DNA of 64,000 bases from Candidatus Scalinduaceae bacterium (GTDB taxonomy: Bacteria; Planctomycetota; Brocadiia; Brocadiales; Scalinduaceae). The position numbers were made by a program, and so were the translations under genes. Where the stretch lies: the NCBI GenBank assembly GCA_046759445.1, contig JBHICG010000002.1, positions 52,763-116,762 on the forward strand, given 5' to 3'. The notes under the pieces were generated by a model, which worked only from the letters and a program-made list of their open reading frames with translations, ran no database searches and was not told the origin of the DNA. Shown in pieces: positions 50,172-60,495 of this stretch (within the stretch, counting starts at the first letter, position 1; every line of letters starts with the position of its first letter).

Positions 50172-50200
50172 TTGACAAAACAACTTTCACTATATACACT
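50172..50200 (+). promoter_or_regulatory. sigma70-type promoter in a duplicated module, copy 1
   Basis: TTGACA-N17-TACACT. Confidence 0.7.
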
Positions 50201-50336
50201 TACAGCATAGATTCTTAAAATATCCTGGCATTCACTCTGTAAACTTTATTATCTAAAAAGTTTGATGGAAAATAATGAAAGCCTTCTACTCTATTATTTA
50301 ACAATATGATCGTATTTGAGTTGAGAAAGTGTTGGC

Positions 50337-50651
50337 ATGAATAATAATTTTATTCTTCAGAATTTTAAAACAGAAATCTCAAAACTTTACGGCAAGAGGT
50401 TAAAAAAAGTTATCTTATATGGATCATTTGCAAGGAATGAAGCGACAGAGGATTCTGATATTGACATACTTGTCATGCTCGAAGGGCGTATATCTCCAGG
50501 AAAAGAGATTGATAGAATGATAGATATTATTACGGATATCAACCTAAAATATCAGGTATTAATATCAGTATACCCAATATCAGAAAATGATTATCTCAAT
50601 GTAAAAAGCCCATTACTCTTAAACGTGCGTAAAGAAGGGATAACGGTATGA
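50337..50651 (+). CDS. MNT-type nucleotidyltransferase (antitoxin)
   Basis: VILYGSFARNEATEDSDIDILV. Confidence 0.9.
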   Translation: MNNNFILQNFKTEISKLYGKRLKKVILYGSFARNEATEDSDIDILVMLEGRISPGKEIDRMIDIITDINLKYQVLISVYPISENDYLNVKSPLLLNVRKEGITV

Positions 50652-51034
50652 AAGAGGTGGCATCTCTGATGGAGCGAGCAAAGAAATATTTGAATAGCGC
50701 CATGATTTTGCTCAAAGAAGAAGACTTCGAGTCCTCGGTATCAAGAGCATACTATGCGATGTTTTATGCGGCAGAGGCAGTGTTACTCACAAAACAGTTA
50801 TCGTTTTCATCTCACAGAGGTGTAATTGCTGCTTTTGGAGAACACTTTGTGAAAACAGAAATTTTTCCACGAGAACTCGGGCGGGAATTCAATAGGGCAT
50901 TTGCGAAAAGACAACTGGGAGATTATGAGTATACCTTCGTTATCTCTAAAGAAGAAGCGGAAAAAATACTCAAAAGTAGTGAGAGTTTCGTAGATAGAAT
51001 AACCCAGTATTTGAAAGGAAATAAGCTTCTCTGA
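50648..51034 (+). CDS. HEPN domain toxin
   Basis: SVSRAYYAMFYAAEAVL, SHRGVIAAFG, RQLGDY; ATGA overlap with the MNT gene. Confidence 0.9.
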   Translation: MKEVASLMERAKKYLNSAMILLKEEDFESSVSRAYYAMFYAAEAVLLTKQLSFSSHRGVIAAFGEHFVKTEIFPRELGREFNRAFAKRQLGDYEYTFVISKEEAEKILKSSESFVDRITQYLKGNKLL

Positions 51035-51176
51035 AAATCGTATAATCAAACAAGCAGGGTTAAAGAAAGGATAAAATAAGCGTTGTTCCTTTTTTTTCGT
51101 ATAGTCTTAATCCCTTTAATCTGCGTTGATCAGCGGCCCCCAAAAAGAAATCATTTCCTTTGATTCCTTCCCATTA

Positions 51177-51205
51177 TTGACAAAACAAATATTACTATAT
51201 ACACT
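51177..51205 (+). promoter_or_regulatory. sigma70-type promoter in a duplicated module, copy 2
   Basis: TTGACA-N17-TACACT. Confidence 0.7.
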
Positions 51206-51329
51206 TACAGCATAGTTTTTGCAAATATCCAGGCGTTTGCTATGCTGTGATAAACTTTGTTGTTGAGCGAGTTGATGGGAAATAATTAGATGTAATAATG
51301 AAAGACTTGACTCCTAGTCCTCCGAAAAT

Positions 51330-52370
51330 ATGGGCAAACAAACATCTAATACCGTTTTGATGACGGGTGCTGGGTACACAAAAAATTTTGGTGGGTTGCT
51401 CGCAGATCAAATGTGGGCTAAAATATTTAATCATAAGGAGGTACAGGACAAGCCTGATCTCAAAGACTTGCTGTTTGATACTTTCGATTATGAGTCAATA
51501 TATCATGAGGTATGTAATGATGACGATAAAGATAGCGAAAAGAAAACCTATGAAGAAGATGAAAAGAACGCCATCCGTACAGCCGTTCTAGAAGCATATG
51601 AGAAGCTTGATGTTATTGCACAAAAATACATTCCTGCAACCGATCCCTCAAAATCTAATATCTTATATGGAGCAAGAAAGATTATCAATTGTTTGATCAG
51701 GGACATGAGTCAAATAAATTTCTTTTTTACTTTGAATCAAGACATATTCGTTGAAAGGCTGATTTCAGATACAGAGAAGTCAATAATGTGGCCTGGTATT
51801 GGCAAAAGATTTTTCATCCCAAATTCTTCAGAATCTCGACTTCCTTTAGAAAATAATAACTTCATTAATGTCCCTGACGGAAATAAACTTGATACTACTA
51901 AACGTGCAGTCGATCTACCCAATAATGAGTGTCATTACATAAAACTTCACGGGTCTTTTGGCTGGAAGCGCTCAGACCCAGATCGGCAAGACAAGCTGGT
52001 TATTGGTAGAAACAAAGAAGAGCAGATAGCTAATGAACCACTCCTTACCTGGTATTTTGATCTATTTGAACAAGTCCTATTTCAGGGGGAAAAGAAATTA
52101 TTAATTATTGGTTATGGTTTTCGTGATAATCATATTAACGAAGTGATAGCAAAGGCATGTGAAAAACATGATATGAAAATATATATAATTTCACCTGTTA
52201 AACCAAGAGAATTTATAAATGAATTAAGTGCAGAAGACCATTTTTACGGGAAACAAATATTAAGAGGCCTCTCAGGTTATTTCGAATCGAGCTTTGGAGA
52301 TCTTTTTCCTCCTGATGGATCCGACACACTTACATGGAAGGAACTACAAGAAACCTTTTTTAATGATTGA
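51330..52370 (+). CDS. SIR2-like domain protein (SIR2_2 type)
   Basis: MTGAGY, FTLNQD, IKLHGS, IIGYGFRDNHIN. Confidence 0.85.
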   Translation: MGKQTSNTVLMTGAGYTKNFGGLLADQMWAKIFNHKEVQDKPDLKDLLFDTFDYESIYHEVCNDDDKDSEKKTYEEDEKNAIRTAVLEAYEKLDVIAQKYIPATDPSKSNILYGARKIINCLIRDMSQINFFFTLNQDIFVERLISDTEKSIMWPGIGKRFFIPNSSESRLPLENNNFINVPDGNKLDTTKRAVDLPNNECHYIKLHGSFGWKRSDPDRQDKLVIGRNKEEQIANEPLLTWYFDLFEQVLFQGEKKLLIIGYGFRDNHINEVIAKACEKHDMKIYIISPVKPREFINELSAEDHFYGKQILRGLSGYFESSFGDLFPPDGSDTLTWKELQETFFND

Positions 52371-53653
52371 CAAGACATGCCCCTAATCTCTATTCATTAA
52401 AACTAATGTTAAACAAAAAAATATTATTTGTGGCAGTAATTATGGTAATGAGCATAGGATGCAGCTCACTTGCAAACATTGTGGAAACTGACAGGTTGAG
52501 GAACTTTCCTTCTGAGATCAGTGCGGGAGATATTGTTCATGTTGCAACCGGTGAGAAAATAACATTTTCACAACTTGCCGATTCTTTTGACGGGACAAGG
52601 ATCGTGTACGTAGGTGAGATTCATTCAAATAAAGAATCTCATGACGTACAGCTAAAGGTACTGAAGGAATTTTATAAGAAATACGGAGACAATATAGCGG
52701 TTGGCATGGAGATGTTTAAGAGGCCGCATCAGGACGTTCTTGATAAATGGACAGGTGGTGAGATCAGTGAAGAAGATTTATTGTCTTCAACAGACTGGTG
52801 GCATGAGTGGGGCTTTGATTATAGTCTGTATAAAGATATTATGGACTTTACGCGTGACAATAAAATTTCGGTTGTTGCCCTGAACATTACAAGAGAATTC
52901 CAGAAAAAGATAAGCAAAAAAGGGATTGAAGGTTTGAGTAAGGAAGAAAGAGAATCCCTGCCTGAGATAGATACTGATGATTTCTATCACAGAAGGTATC
53001 TGGAAAGGATAATGAAGGGACACGGGGATAAAGATATGAGTGATGAATTCGAAAGGTTTTATACGGTTCAATGCGCCTGGGAAGATGTTATGGCCGACAG
53101 CATATCAAGGTATCTGTCTTCTCCACGGGGAAGAGACAAGGAGTTCCTGGTATTCATAGGAGGAGGTCACATCATTTATCATTTTGGTGTTCCGAAAAGG
53201 GTGTTCCGGAGAAATCATCTTCCGTACCGTACTATATATACATACGAGTTGAGGGATTTAAAGCCCGAAGATGAGCATCCGCTTTTTGCAAAGGACATAC
53301 CCCTGCAGCCTGCGGATTATGTGAGGGTTATTCAGCTCCCCAAGAAGCAAAAGAAGGTGGTTCTGGGTGTCATGATTCGAAATTTGCAGGATGAAAAGGA
53401 AGAAGAAGAAAAGAAATATAAGGTTGTCATTGGGAGTGTGTTGAAGGACAGCCCTGCCGGGAAGGCCGGACTGCAAGCGGGAGATATTATCCTGTCAATG
53501 GACGGTAAAAGCATTAGCAGGGTATACGAGGTAATCCATCATGTCGGCAAGAAAAAGTCGGGAGACACCTGCCTGATAGAGATATCACGCGAGAGTACTA
53601 AGATATTCATAAATGTAACATTCTTTGAGATAAAAGGACATGGAAAGGAATAG
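52367..53653 (+). CDS. ChaN-family lipoprotein with C-terminal PDZ domain
   Basis: VYVGEIH, VGMEMF, QCAWEDVMA, GGGHI; DSPAGKAGLQAGDIIL (PDZ); likely start MLNKK at 52406. Confidence 0.85.
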   Translation: MTRHAPNLYSLKLMLNKKILFVAVIMVMSIGCSSLANIVETDRLRNFPSEISAGDIVHVATGEKITFSQLADSFDGTRIVYVGEIHSNKESHDVQLKVLKEFYKKYGDNIAVGMEMFKRPHQDVLDKWTGGEISEEDLLSSTDWWHEWGFDYSLYKDIMDFTRDNKISVVALNITREFQKKISKKGIEGLSKEERESLPEIDTDDFYHRRYLERIMKGHGDKDMSDEFERFYTVQCAWEDVMADSISRYLSSPRGRDKEFLVFIGGGHIIYHFGVPKRVFRRNHLPYRTIYTYELRDLKPEDEHPLFAKDIPLQPADYVRVIQLPKKQKKVVLGVMIRNLQDEKEEEEKKYKVVIGSVLKDSPAGKAGLQAGDIILSMDGKSISRVYEVIHHVGKKKSGDTCLIEISRESTKIFINVTFFEIKGHGKE

Positions 53654-53764
53654 TAAATGTGGTCGTGTATTTAATATTGTGGAAAGGTTAACCACAGACA
53701 AGTTCAAGGAAAATTACAATAAACAAATTCCAAAATACAAACAAATCCTAAAATTTAATACCAA

Positions 53765-54991
53765 ATGACCAAAACAAGCATTAATTTTAGAAAATCTAAT
53801 GTGAATCTTACAGACAAAACAATAGAGATCATTAAAGCAACGGCACCACTAGTTAAGGAAAAAGTAATAGAATTAAACAAAACGCTTTATCCAATGATAT
53901 TCAGTCGTTATCCAGCATTAAAAGTCATTTTCAACCAAACACATATACGTGAAGGCACACAGCCTCGAGCACTATCAGCATCAATTATAGACTATGTCAA
54001 TGCCATAGATAATCTTGACGCAATTAAACCACTCATAAACAATATAGCAGAAAAACACGCTTCATTTGATATTAAGCCTGTACAATATTCTATTGTTACT
54101 ACCTGTCTGCTGGAGGCAATTGGAAATATACTTGGAGATGCAGGAACTCCTGAAGTCAAGAAAGCCTGGAAAGAAGCTATCGAGAACCTTGCAAATATTT
54201 TAATTGAAGCTGAACGTAAAAAATATGACGACACATTAGCAAAAGAAGATGGTTGGAAAGGTTACAAAAAATTTACCATCACTAATAAAGAAAATGAAAG
54301 TAACCTGATAGCCTCATTTTACCTTGAACCGGTAGATGGTAAAACCGTTCCAATTTTCAATTCAGGGCAGTACATAAGTATTATGTTGGATTTACCTGAG
54401 GAGGGTACTGTTTTTCGTAACTATTCTCTTTCAAACAGCCCGAAAGGTAAGTACTATAGAATTTCAGTCGAACGGGAAGAAAACGGCCTGGTATCAAATT
54501 ACCTCCACAATACGCTTTGTCAGGGAGATAAAATAAGGGTAAATCCCCCTTATGGCTGTCTATGTCTAAATGAAACAGAAAAACCAGCGGTACTTATCAG
54601 TGGTGGTGTTGGGATAACCCCGATGATGAGTATTTTGCAGAGTGCTGCTGATCAACAGCTAACCAGACAGATATACTTTATTCATGGAACATCTGATAGA
54701 AATACCCATGCATTCAAGGACGATGTTGTAAAATTAACAACAGATAATGATAACTTTAACCATCAATTTTTTTATTCTAAGGATTCGGTAAAGTCTGCTG
54801 ATACAAAAGAAGGTAGAATGACTATGAATTCGATCAAAGAGATTGTAGGTCATAAAAAGGATGCAGAGTTTTATCTCTGTGGCCCCGCGCAAATGATGAA
54901 GGACCTATACCGGGAATTAATCAATTGGGGAGTCAACCCAAACAATATTGTCTATGAATATTTTGGCCCTAAAAGGGATATTACCGGATAA
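53765..54991 (+). CDS. hmp: flavohemoglobin (NO dioxygenase)
   Basis: Globin IKATAP, FNQTH, QPRAL, IAEKH; RNYSLS, GGVGITPM, YLCGP, EYFGP; start may be the GTG at 53801. Confidence 0.92.
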   Translation: MTKTSINFRKSNVNLTDKTIEIIKATAPLVKEKVIELNKTLYPMIFSRYPALKVIFNQTHIREGTQPRALSASIIDYVNAIDNLDAIKPLINNIAEKHASFDIKPVQYSIVTTCLLEAIGNILGDAGTPEVKKAWKEAIENLANILIEAERKKYDDTLAKEDGWKGYKKFTITNKENESNLIASFYLEPVDGKTVPIFNSGQYISIMLDLPEEGTVFRNYSLSNSPKGKYYRISVEREENGLVSNYLHNTLCQGDKIRVNPPYGCLCLNETEKPAVLISGGVGITPMMSILQSAADQQLTRQIYFIHGTSDRNTHAFKDDVVKLTTDNDNFNHQFFYSKDSVKSADTKEGRMTMNSIKEIVGHKKDAEFYLCGPAQMMKDLYRELINWGVNPNNIVYEYFGPKRDITG

Positions 54992-55120
54992 ATTTTGATT
55001 TCGGCCACACAGGTGGGCGTGGGGATATGCATCCGAATGTTTATTCTAATATTTACGTTTAAAAAATGAAGTATTCATTAATAATATCGGCCGAAGCCGA
55101 TAAATAACTTTGCTTAAATA

Positions 55121-55600
55121 ATGAAGTATTCGTTAATAATATCGGCCATAATCCTGGGAATTTCCATAGTCATTGCTTCCTGTAAGAAGGCTGAGGAAGT
55201 GGAGGTTGAATGGCTCGAAGTGGTTGAGGAGGAACAGTCATATGTACCCAGGCAGGAGGGTTTAGCAGGGGCTATGAAGAAGGCATCTATAATGATGAGG
55301 CGGTTAGCAAGGGCGGTGGAAAACGATGATTGGACTAAAATGGATATGTGGACACATGAACTTAAGGAAGGTATTGGCTTTCATTGTGTGGAACTATATA
55401 TGGTTGAGAATAATGATATCCCAAACGATTTTACTATGTTAAGCGACAAATTTAACAGTGCCATAAACAAATTAATTCTATGCAGTAAAGAACATGACAC
55501 CGATAATGCGTATTTAGAATTTGATAATTTAGTAAAGTCGTGTGATGCATGTCATGAAAGTTTTAATAAAGACATGAAAGGGCAATTGGAATTTTACTGA
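55121..55600 (+). CDS. cytochrome c'-like lipoprotein with C-terminal CxxCH
   Basis: IASC lipobox, helical body, SCDACH near the C-terminus. Confidence 0.75.
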   Translation: MKYSLIISAIILGISIVIASCKKAEEVEVEWLEVVEEEQSYVPRQEGLAGAMKKASIMMRRLARAVENDDWTKMDMWTHELKEGIGFHCVELYMVENNDIPNDFTMLSDKFNSAINKLILCSKEHDTDNAYLEFDNLVKSCDACHESFNKDMKGQLEFY

Positions 55601-55875
55601 TTTGGTAAGAATGGTAGAAATAGAATTGGATCACCTATATTTCCGGAATAATATAATTTTCTTTACTGCTTAATCTAAAGATTTGGACTTTTTCGAAGTG
55701 TATCATATTAACGTTTGAGTTTGGGGGTTTTTAAAAACACGATGTTTTGTAATCTTTTATCTTCGAGCAGCTTATGATCACATAATTTCATATTTCAATA
55801 TTGCTTATTTAAAGAAATTGGCATGAAAATTGATTATAATAAAACAAAGAAGAAATTTGTAATAATTAATTCTAA

Positions 55876-56322
55876 ATGGAGGGTATAAAAATGTACAGGA
55901 ATGCGAAATTGATAATAGTTGCCTCCTTTCTAGGATTATTTTTGTTTGGGTTTAACGCATATGCCGGGAAATCTGTTGATTGGCCCGGTTTTGCACATGG
56001 TGCTACAAGTCTTGCCGTAATCGAAGGCAAGATAAAGAGTATCGATCTGGAAAAAATGGAAATAAAACTGGAAGGATGTGATCTATTAGGAGATAAACCA
56101 TTAATGTTGTCAAAAGACACAGTTTGTTATATAGGAGCAGAAGCAGATAATATAAAATCAATTAGAGGCGGTACCTTGTTTGAAGATGAGGACAAAATAA
56201 GTTTCAATCAGCTTAAGGTTGGCCATAACATCAAATGTAACTATTCAATGAAAGATGAAAAATTTTGGGCTGTAAGGATTATTAGAATTTTTCCTCACGC
56301 TTACCATATCTTTACAGAATAA
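55876..56322 (+). CDS. hypothetical exported protein
   Basis: Signal peptide ending AYA; OB-like C-terminus LKVGHNIKCNY. Confidence 0.65.
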   Translation: MEGIKMYRNAKLIIVASFLGLFLFGFNAYAGKSVDWPGFAHGATSLAVIEGKIKSIDLEKMEIKLEGCDLLGDKPLMLSKDTVCYIGAEADNIKSIRGGTLFEDEDKISFNQLKVGHNIKCNYSMKDEKFWAVRIIRIFPHAYHIFTE

Positions 56323-56471
56323 TTTTTGTTCTGTAAGATTGTCTCTTGGGTAGATAATTCTTTATCACAATTGATTGTGTTTAAAATATTTGCTCAAAAT
56401 TCTTACGAGAGAAAAGCTTATGTTTTTCCAAAGCAAGAGTTTCTTGTATTGAGTTCTAAGGAGGTGGAGTT

Positions 56472-57380
56472 ATGAAAGTTGCAGTAACGGGTACTTCAGG
56501 CCTAGTAGGGTCGAGCCTTGTCTCATTCTTGTCAAAAAAAGATATTACAGTTTGTAAAATTTTTCATGAAGATCTAACAGACAATGAAATCTCCTGGAAA
56601 CCAGAAAACGGAGATTGGGATACTGCTTTTACTGATGGGATCGATGGAATTGTTCATCTGGCAGGAGAAAATATTGCGACTGGAAGATGGACCAAAGAAA
56701 AAAAGGAAAAAATAAAGAACAGCCGTATAGAAGGTACGAAAAGGCTCTGCGAATACGTCCTGAAACTTCCAATCCCTCCTTCTGTCTTTGTTTGTGCGTC
56801 TGCAGTAGGTTTTTATGGTGATAGAGGTGCAGAGATTTTAAATGAAGACAGCTCAAGAGGGAGTGGATTTTTATCAGACGTGTGCATGGGTTGGGAAGAA
56901 GCTGCTAATACAATCTTAAATGCAGGTATTCGCGTTGTTAATGTAAGGTTTAGTATGGTTCTCAGCAATGCGGGTGGTGCCCTGGCAAAGATGTTAACTC
57001 CTTTTAAGATGGGAATGGGAGGAAAAATAGGTAGTGGAAAACAATACATGAGCTGGGTGGCCATAGACGATGTTACGGGCGCGATTTATCATGCTTTAAC
57101 TACGGACTCGCTTAATGGCCCTGTAAATGTAACTTCTCCAAACCCTGTAACAAACAAGGAATTCACCAAAACATTAGGCAGGGTGTTAAACAGGCCGACT
57201 GTAATGCCAATGCCGGCCTTTGCTGCCAGGCTCGCCTTTGGTGAGATGGCAAATGAACTCCTCCTTGCAAGCACAAGAGTTGAACCGAAAAAACTTTTAG
57301 ATGCCGGATATCATTTTCAATATCCAGAACTTGAAGATGCCATTAAACATATTTTAAATGATGTATTTGGTACAGAATAG
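56472..57380 (+). CDS. TIGR01777/YfcH NAD-dependent epimerase family protein
   Basis: VTGTSGLVG, HLAGENI, ASAVGFYG, GSGKQYMSWV, LNRPT. Confidence 0.92.
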   Translation: MKVAVTGTSGLVGSSLVSFLSKKDITVCKIFHEDLTDNEISWKPENGDWDTAFTDGIDGIVHLAGENIATGRWTKEKKEKIKNSRIEGTKRLCEYVLKLPIPPSVFVCASAVGFYGDRGAEILNEDSSRGSGFLSDVCMGWEEAANTILNAGIRVVNVRFSMVLSNAGGALAKMLTPFKMGMGGKIGSGKQYMSWVAIDDVTGAIYHALTTDSLNGPVNVTSPNPVTNKEFTKTLGRVLNRPTVMPMPAFAARLAFGEMANELLLASTRVEPKKLLDAGYHFQYPELEDAIKHILNDVFGTE

Positions 57381-57880
57381 TAGATATTAAAGAGCTATAG
57401 ACATATATATAAATTACTAGTTCAACCGTGCGTTAACAAAGGTTCTATGCCTATTTATCTTCACATTTGAGTCTGTCTCTCAATTCCTCACCTACATTCT
57501 TCAGGTTCATACCATATATACCCATTTCATCTGCACTTTGTATTTACAAATCATGATGAAGGCACAACAAGATCGGTCTATTATTAAAAAGAACTTAATG
57601 CATTTTAAACAATACTTGAACTATATTTTGAGGAAATAGTACTAAAGGAAATTTTTTTGATATACATAAATACCAACTGGTCGGTATATATGTATATATG
57701 AGAGGGTTGATGATATTTATGATTGCTTGAATTGCTGAGGTCTTTAAAGGCCCCGGCAATTTCCAAGGGAAACTTTTGTTACTATTATTTATTTTAAGGA
57801 GGAAAATCCGTATTAAGGGGTCTCATCGTTTGTTAACAGAGTTCGGCAGATGCTTCCCATGATGTATCAATTCAAAAAAT

Positions 57881-57939
57881 GTAGGGGCTGTTTCCCAAAC
57901 AGCCTTTATTATGCGGCTCGTTTGGGAAACGAGCCCTAC
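57881..57939. repeat. REPIN-like inverted pair of GTAG-type REPs
   Basis: GTAGGGGCTGTTTCCCAAACAGCC...GGCTCGTTTGGGAAACGAGCCCTAC. Confidence 0.75.
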
Positions 57940-58060
57940 AATTTATGATCACTCACTCGGGAATTTTTCTGGTTGAACATATATAAGTTGCTTTAATAGT
58001 AGCAGATTAATTAATCGCTTTATTTTTAATAACAAGTAACAAAAAAACAAGGAGTGTATA

Positions 58061-58594
58061 ATGGCAAGAATTAGAGCTTTAGATAAAAATGACGTTTCTG
58101 ATGAAGTAAGAATAATATTTGCTGAGATTGAAAGTGCTTTCGGTATGGTACCCAATCTATTTAAGACATCAGCGCACTTTCCCCCGCTACTAAAGGCAAA
58201 CTGGGATAAAGTAAAGGCAGTTATGATGGGAGGCAATCTCTCTAGAAAAGTAAAGGAAACGATTGCCGTACTTGTGTCGAAAGATAACAGTTGCCAATAC
58301 TGCGTCGGTGCGCATTCTATGTCTTTAAAAGCTATTGGAGTAACTGATAAGACACTTGAGCATATTCATAATATGGATGTTGCAGAAGCGGGATTCAGTG
58401 AAAAAGAAATTACTCTTATTTTATTTGCCCAAAAAGCAAATAATAATCCGAATCGTATACCTGAGTCGGATTTTCAGAAACTAATTAATCTAGGCGCTAC
58501 CGAACCTGAGATTGTTGAGGCACTTGGTGTTATGGAGTTATTTACGGCATTTAATAAATTTATAGATTCGCTAGAAGTAGCATTGGATTTTTAG
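58061..58594 (+). CDS. AhpD/carboxymuconolactone decarboxylase-like peroxidase
   Basis: GMVPNLF, KETIAVLVSKDNSCQYCVGAH. Confidence 0.9.
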   Translation: MARIRALDKNDVSDEVRIIFAEIESAFGMVPNLFKTSAHFPPLLKANWDKVKAVMMGGNLSRKVKETIAVLVSKDNSCQYCVGAHSMSLKAIGVTDKTLEHIHNMDVAEAGFSEKEITLILFAQKANNNPNRIPESDFQKLINLGATEPEIVEALGVMELFTAFNKFIDSLEVALDF

Positions 58595-59008
58595 CTGATG
58601 GAATTTCCATTTTGTGTTAAATAAAATGTAGCGGAGGTCTTTAGACCTCCACTCACCATGGGTTGAATGCCAATGTTCATGTAAACATTTTTTACCTGAT
58701 AACCCATGGACGTGGTAACCTACCAGTCCGAACGGATTCATCCGGGCTGGTAGGTTACCGCTACGGCAGGCATGTGTAATTTAAGGATATTCCACAATAA
58801 ACAAAAATGGATCTATCAGAAAATAAACTTTACAATTTCTATTTAAAACTTAGCAAAATGGTGGTATGAACGACCGCCCCCGCCTGAATGACATTGTCGG
58901 GCAGGCGAACAGCAAGATCGGGCGAGTTTTCGTTTGTCCATGCAATTCATACATTTTTGACAGATTAAAGTGGAATCTATATGTTAAACTTAATTTTTCA
59001 CTATTACA

Positions 59009-59608
59009 ATGATAAGGAAATGTCTAATGAAAATCCGTTGTGATTGGTGTACATCCAGTCAGCTTTATATTGATTATCATGACAATGAATGGGGTGTGCC
59101 CGTGCACGATGACAAAAAACTATTTGAGTTCCTCATCCTTGAAGGCGCACAGGCAGGCTTAAGCTGGGAAACCGTTTTGAAGAAAAGAGAAAATTATCGC
59201 AAGGCATTTAACAATTTTGATCCCAAGAAGATATCCCGGTATGGTAATAAAAAAATAGAAGCGTTACTGGCTAATAAAGGAATTATTAGAAACAAACTAA
59301 AAATAACATCCGCAATAAATAACGCGAAAAGGTTCCTTGAAGTCCAGGAGGAATTTGGTTCCTTTGATACATATATTTGGCAGTTCGTGGATGGAAGCCC
59401 CATCATCAACCGTTATAAGTCTGTCCAGGAAATTCCGGCTACCACAAAGGAATCAGACGTTATGAGCAAAGATTTAAAAAAAAGGGGGTTCAAATTTGTG
59501 GGCTCTACTATTTGTTATGCACATATGCAGGCAACAGGAATGGTTAATGACCACTTGGTGGATTGTTATCGATACAAAGAAATCAACGCTCTTGGTGTAA
59601 GTACATGA
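59009..59608 (+). CDS. tag: DNA-3-methyladenine glycosylase I
   Basis: RCDWC, YHDNEWGVP, LEGAQAGLSW, GIIRNKLKI, GFKFVGSTI, MQATGMVNDH; likely start 59027. Confidence 0.95.
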   Translation: MIRKCLMKIRCDWCTSSQLYIDYHDNEWGVPVHDDKKLFEFLILEGAQAGLSWETVLKKRENYRKAFNNFDPKKISRYGNKKIEALLANKGIIRNKLKITSAINNAKRFLEVQEEFGSFDTYIWQFVDGSPIINRYKSVQEIPATTKESDVMSKDLKKRGFKFVGSTICYAHMQATGMVNDHLVDCYRYKEINALGVST

Positions 59609-60004
59609 ATCAGCATTTAGAGTCTACAAAAATAATAGACTGGGAAAATTCAACAATTAAGAGTCTTTCTCAAAAACTTTCTGAAGAAGAAATTAAAAGG
59701 CTATTGAAGGATGGATCCGTTAACTCACGGATTTTTCTGGACCCACCATTAGAAAATGTACTTGCCGACCCTGACGAAAAGCCTGATGAAGATTCAACTA
59801 TGAGGATAATTGCAAAGGTAAGATCATCAAGGGACTCCGACCCAAGGGAAACACTCATTAATTTAGGAGAAATTCTAAGAAAAGAATACATGACAAACGC
59901 GCTCACGGGTTCAGAACAGAATCAGAACCTGGAGATAATGAAGTTTTATCATTAGCCCGGAAAACACTTTATTTACTTTGTCTATTGGTGATTTCGAAAC
60001 TTAA
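59605..60004 (+). pseudogene. chimeric remnant (transglutaminase-like N-terminus plus frameshifted HEPN-like tail)
   Basis: MNQHLESTKIIDWENSTIK start; alternative frame near 59882 reads RIHDKRAHGFR...*. Confidence 0.4.
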
Positions 60005-60205
60005 AAATTCAGTGGATCATTCAAAAGTTACGCCTGACAACCACATGAAGACCGGCCATCGGTCAACGAGTCTCCGATATTTTAATACTTCCTTTTCATA
60101 TCGTTTTCTTGTATTATAGTTTTCAATGCGGTAGCAGCATAAGCTGTTTGTTAGTTGCTCTTGACCGAGTAAAACTTTTTTAGTTTAACAAGAAAGGAGT
60201 AGGTT

Positions 60206-60487
60206 ATGGCAAAAGCTAGTGCACGTCACATTTTGGTCTCTTCCGAGGAAGAATGCAATGAACTCAAGTCGCAGATTGAAGCAGGAACTGATTTTGCAAA
60301 AATAGCCGAAAGTCACTCACAGTGCCCTTCCGGCAAGGAAGGTGGGGGTCTTGGAGAGTTTAGTCCGGGTCAGATGGTCCCGGAATTTGATAAAGTGGTT
60401 TTCAGCGCCGAGTTGGGGAAGGTTCATGGCCCAATCAAAACCGATTTTGGGTACCACCTTATTGAAATAACGAATCGTACTGAGTAA
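60206..60487 (+). CDS. ppiC: parvulin peptidyl-prolyl isomerase
   Basis: ASARHILV, HSQCPSGKEGGGLGEF, GQMVPEFD, TDFGYHLIE. Confidence 0.93.
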   Translation: MAKASARHILVSSEEECNELKSQIEAGTDFAKIAESHSQCPSGKEGGGLGEFSPGQMVPEFDKVVFSAELGKVHGPIKTDFGYHLIEITNRTE

Positions 60488-60495
60488 GCGAAGGC

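Noticed and set aside
49977..50210. Intact 77-aa second HicB gene
   Set aside because: Only the first 14 codons match HicB; the rest reads through a palindromic repeat and the promoter module.
53700..53780. N-terminal extension of Hmp
   Set aside because: A-rich low-complexity repeat tract; globin similarity starts near the GTG at 53801.
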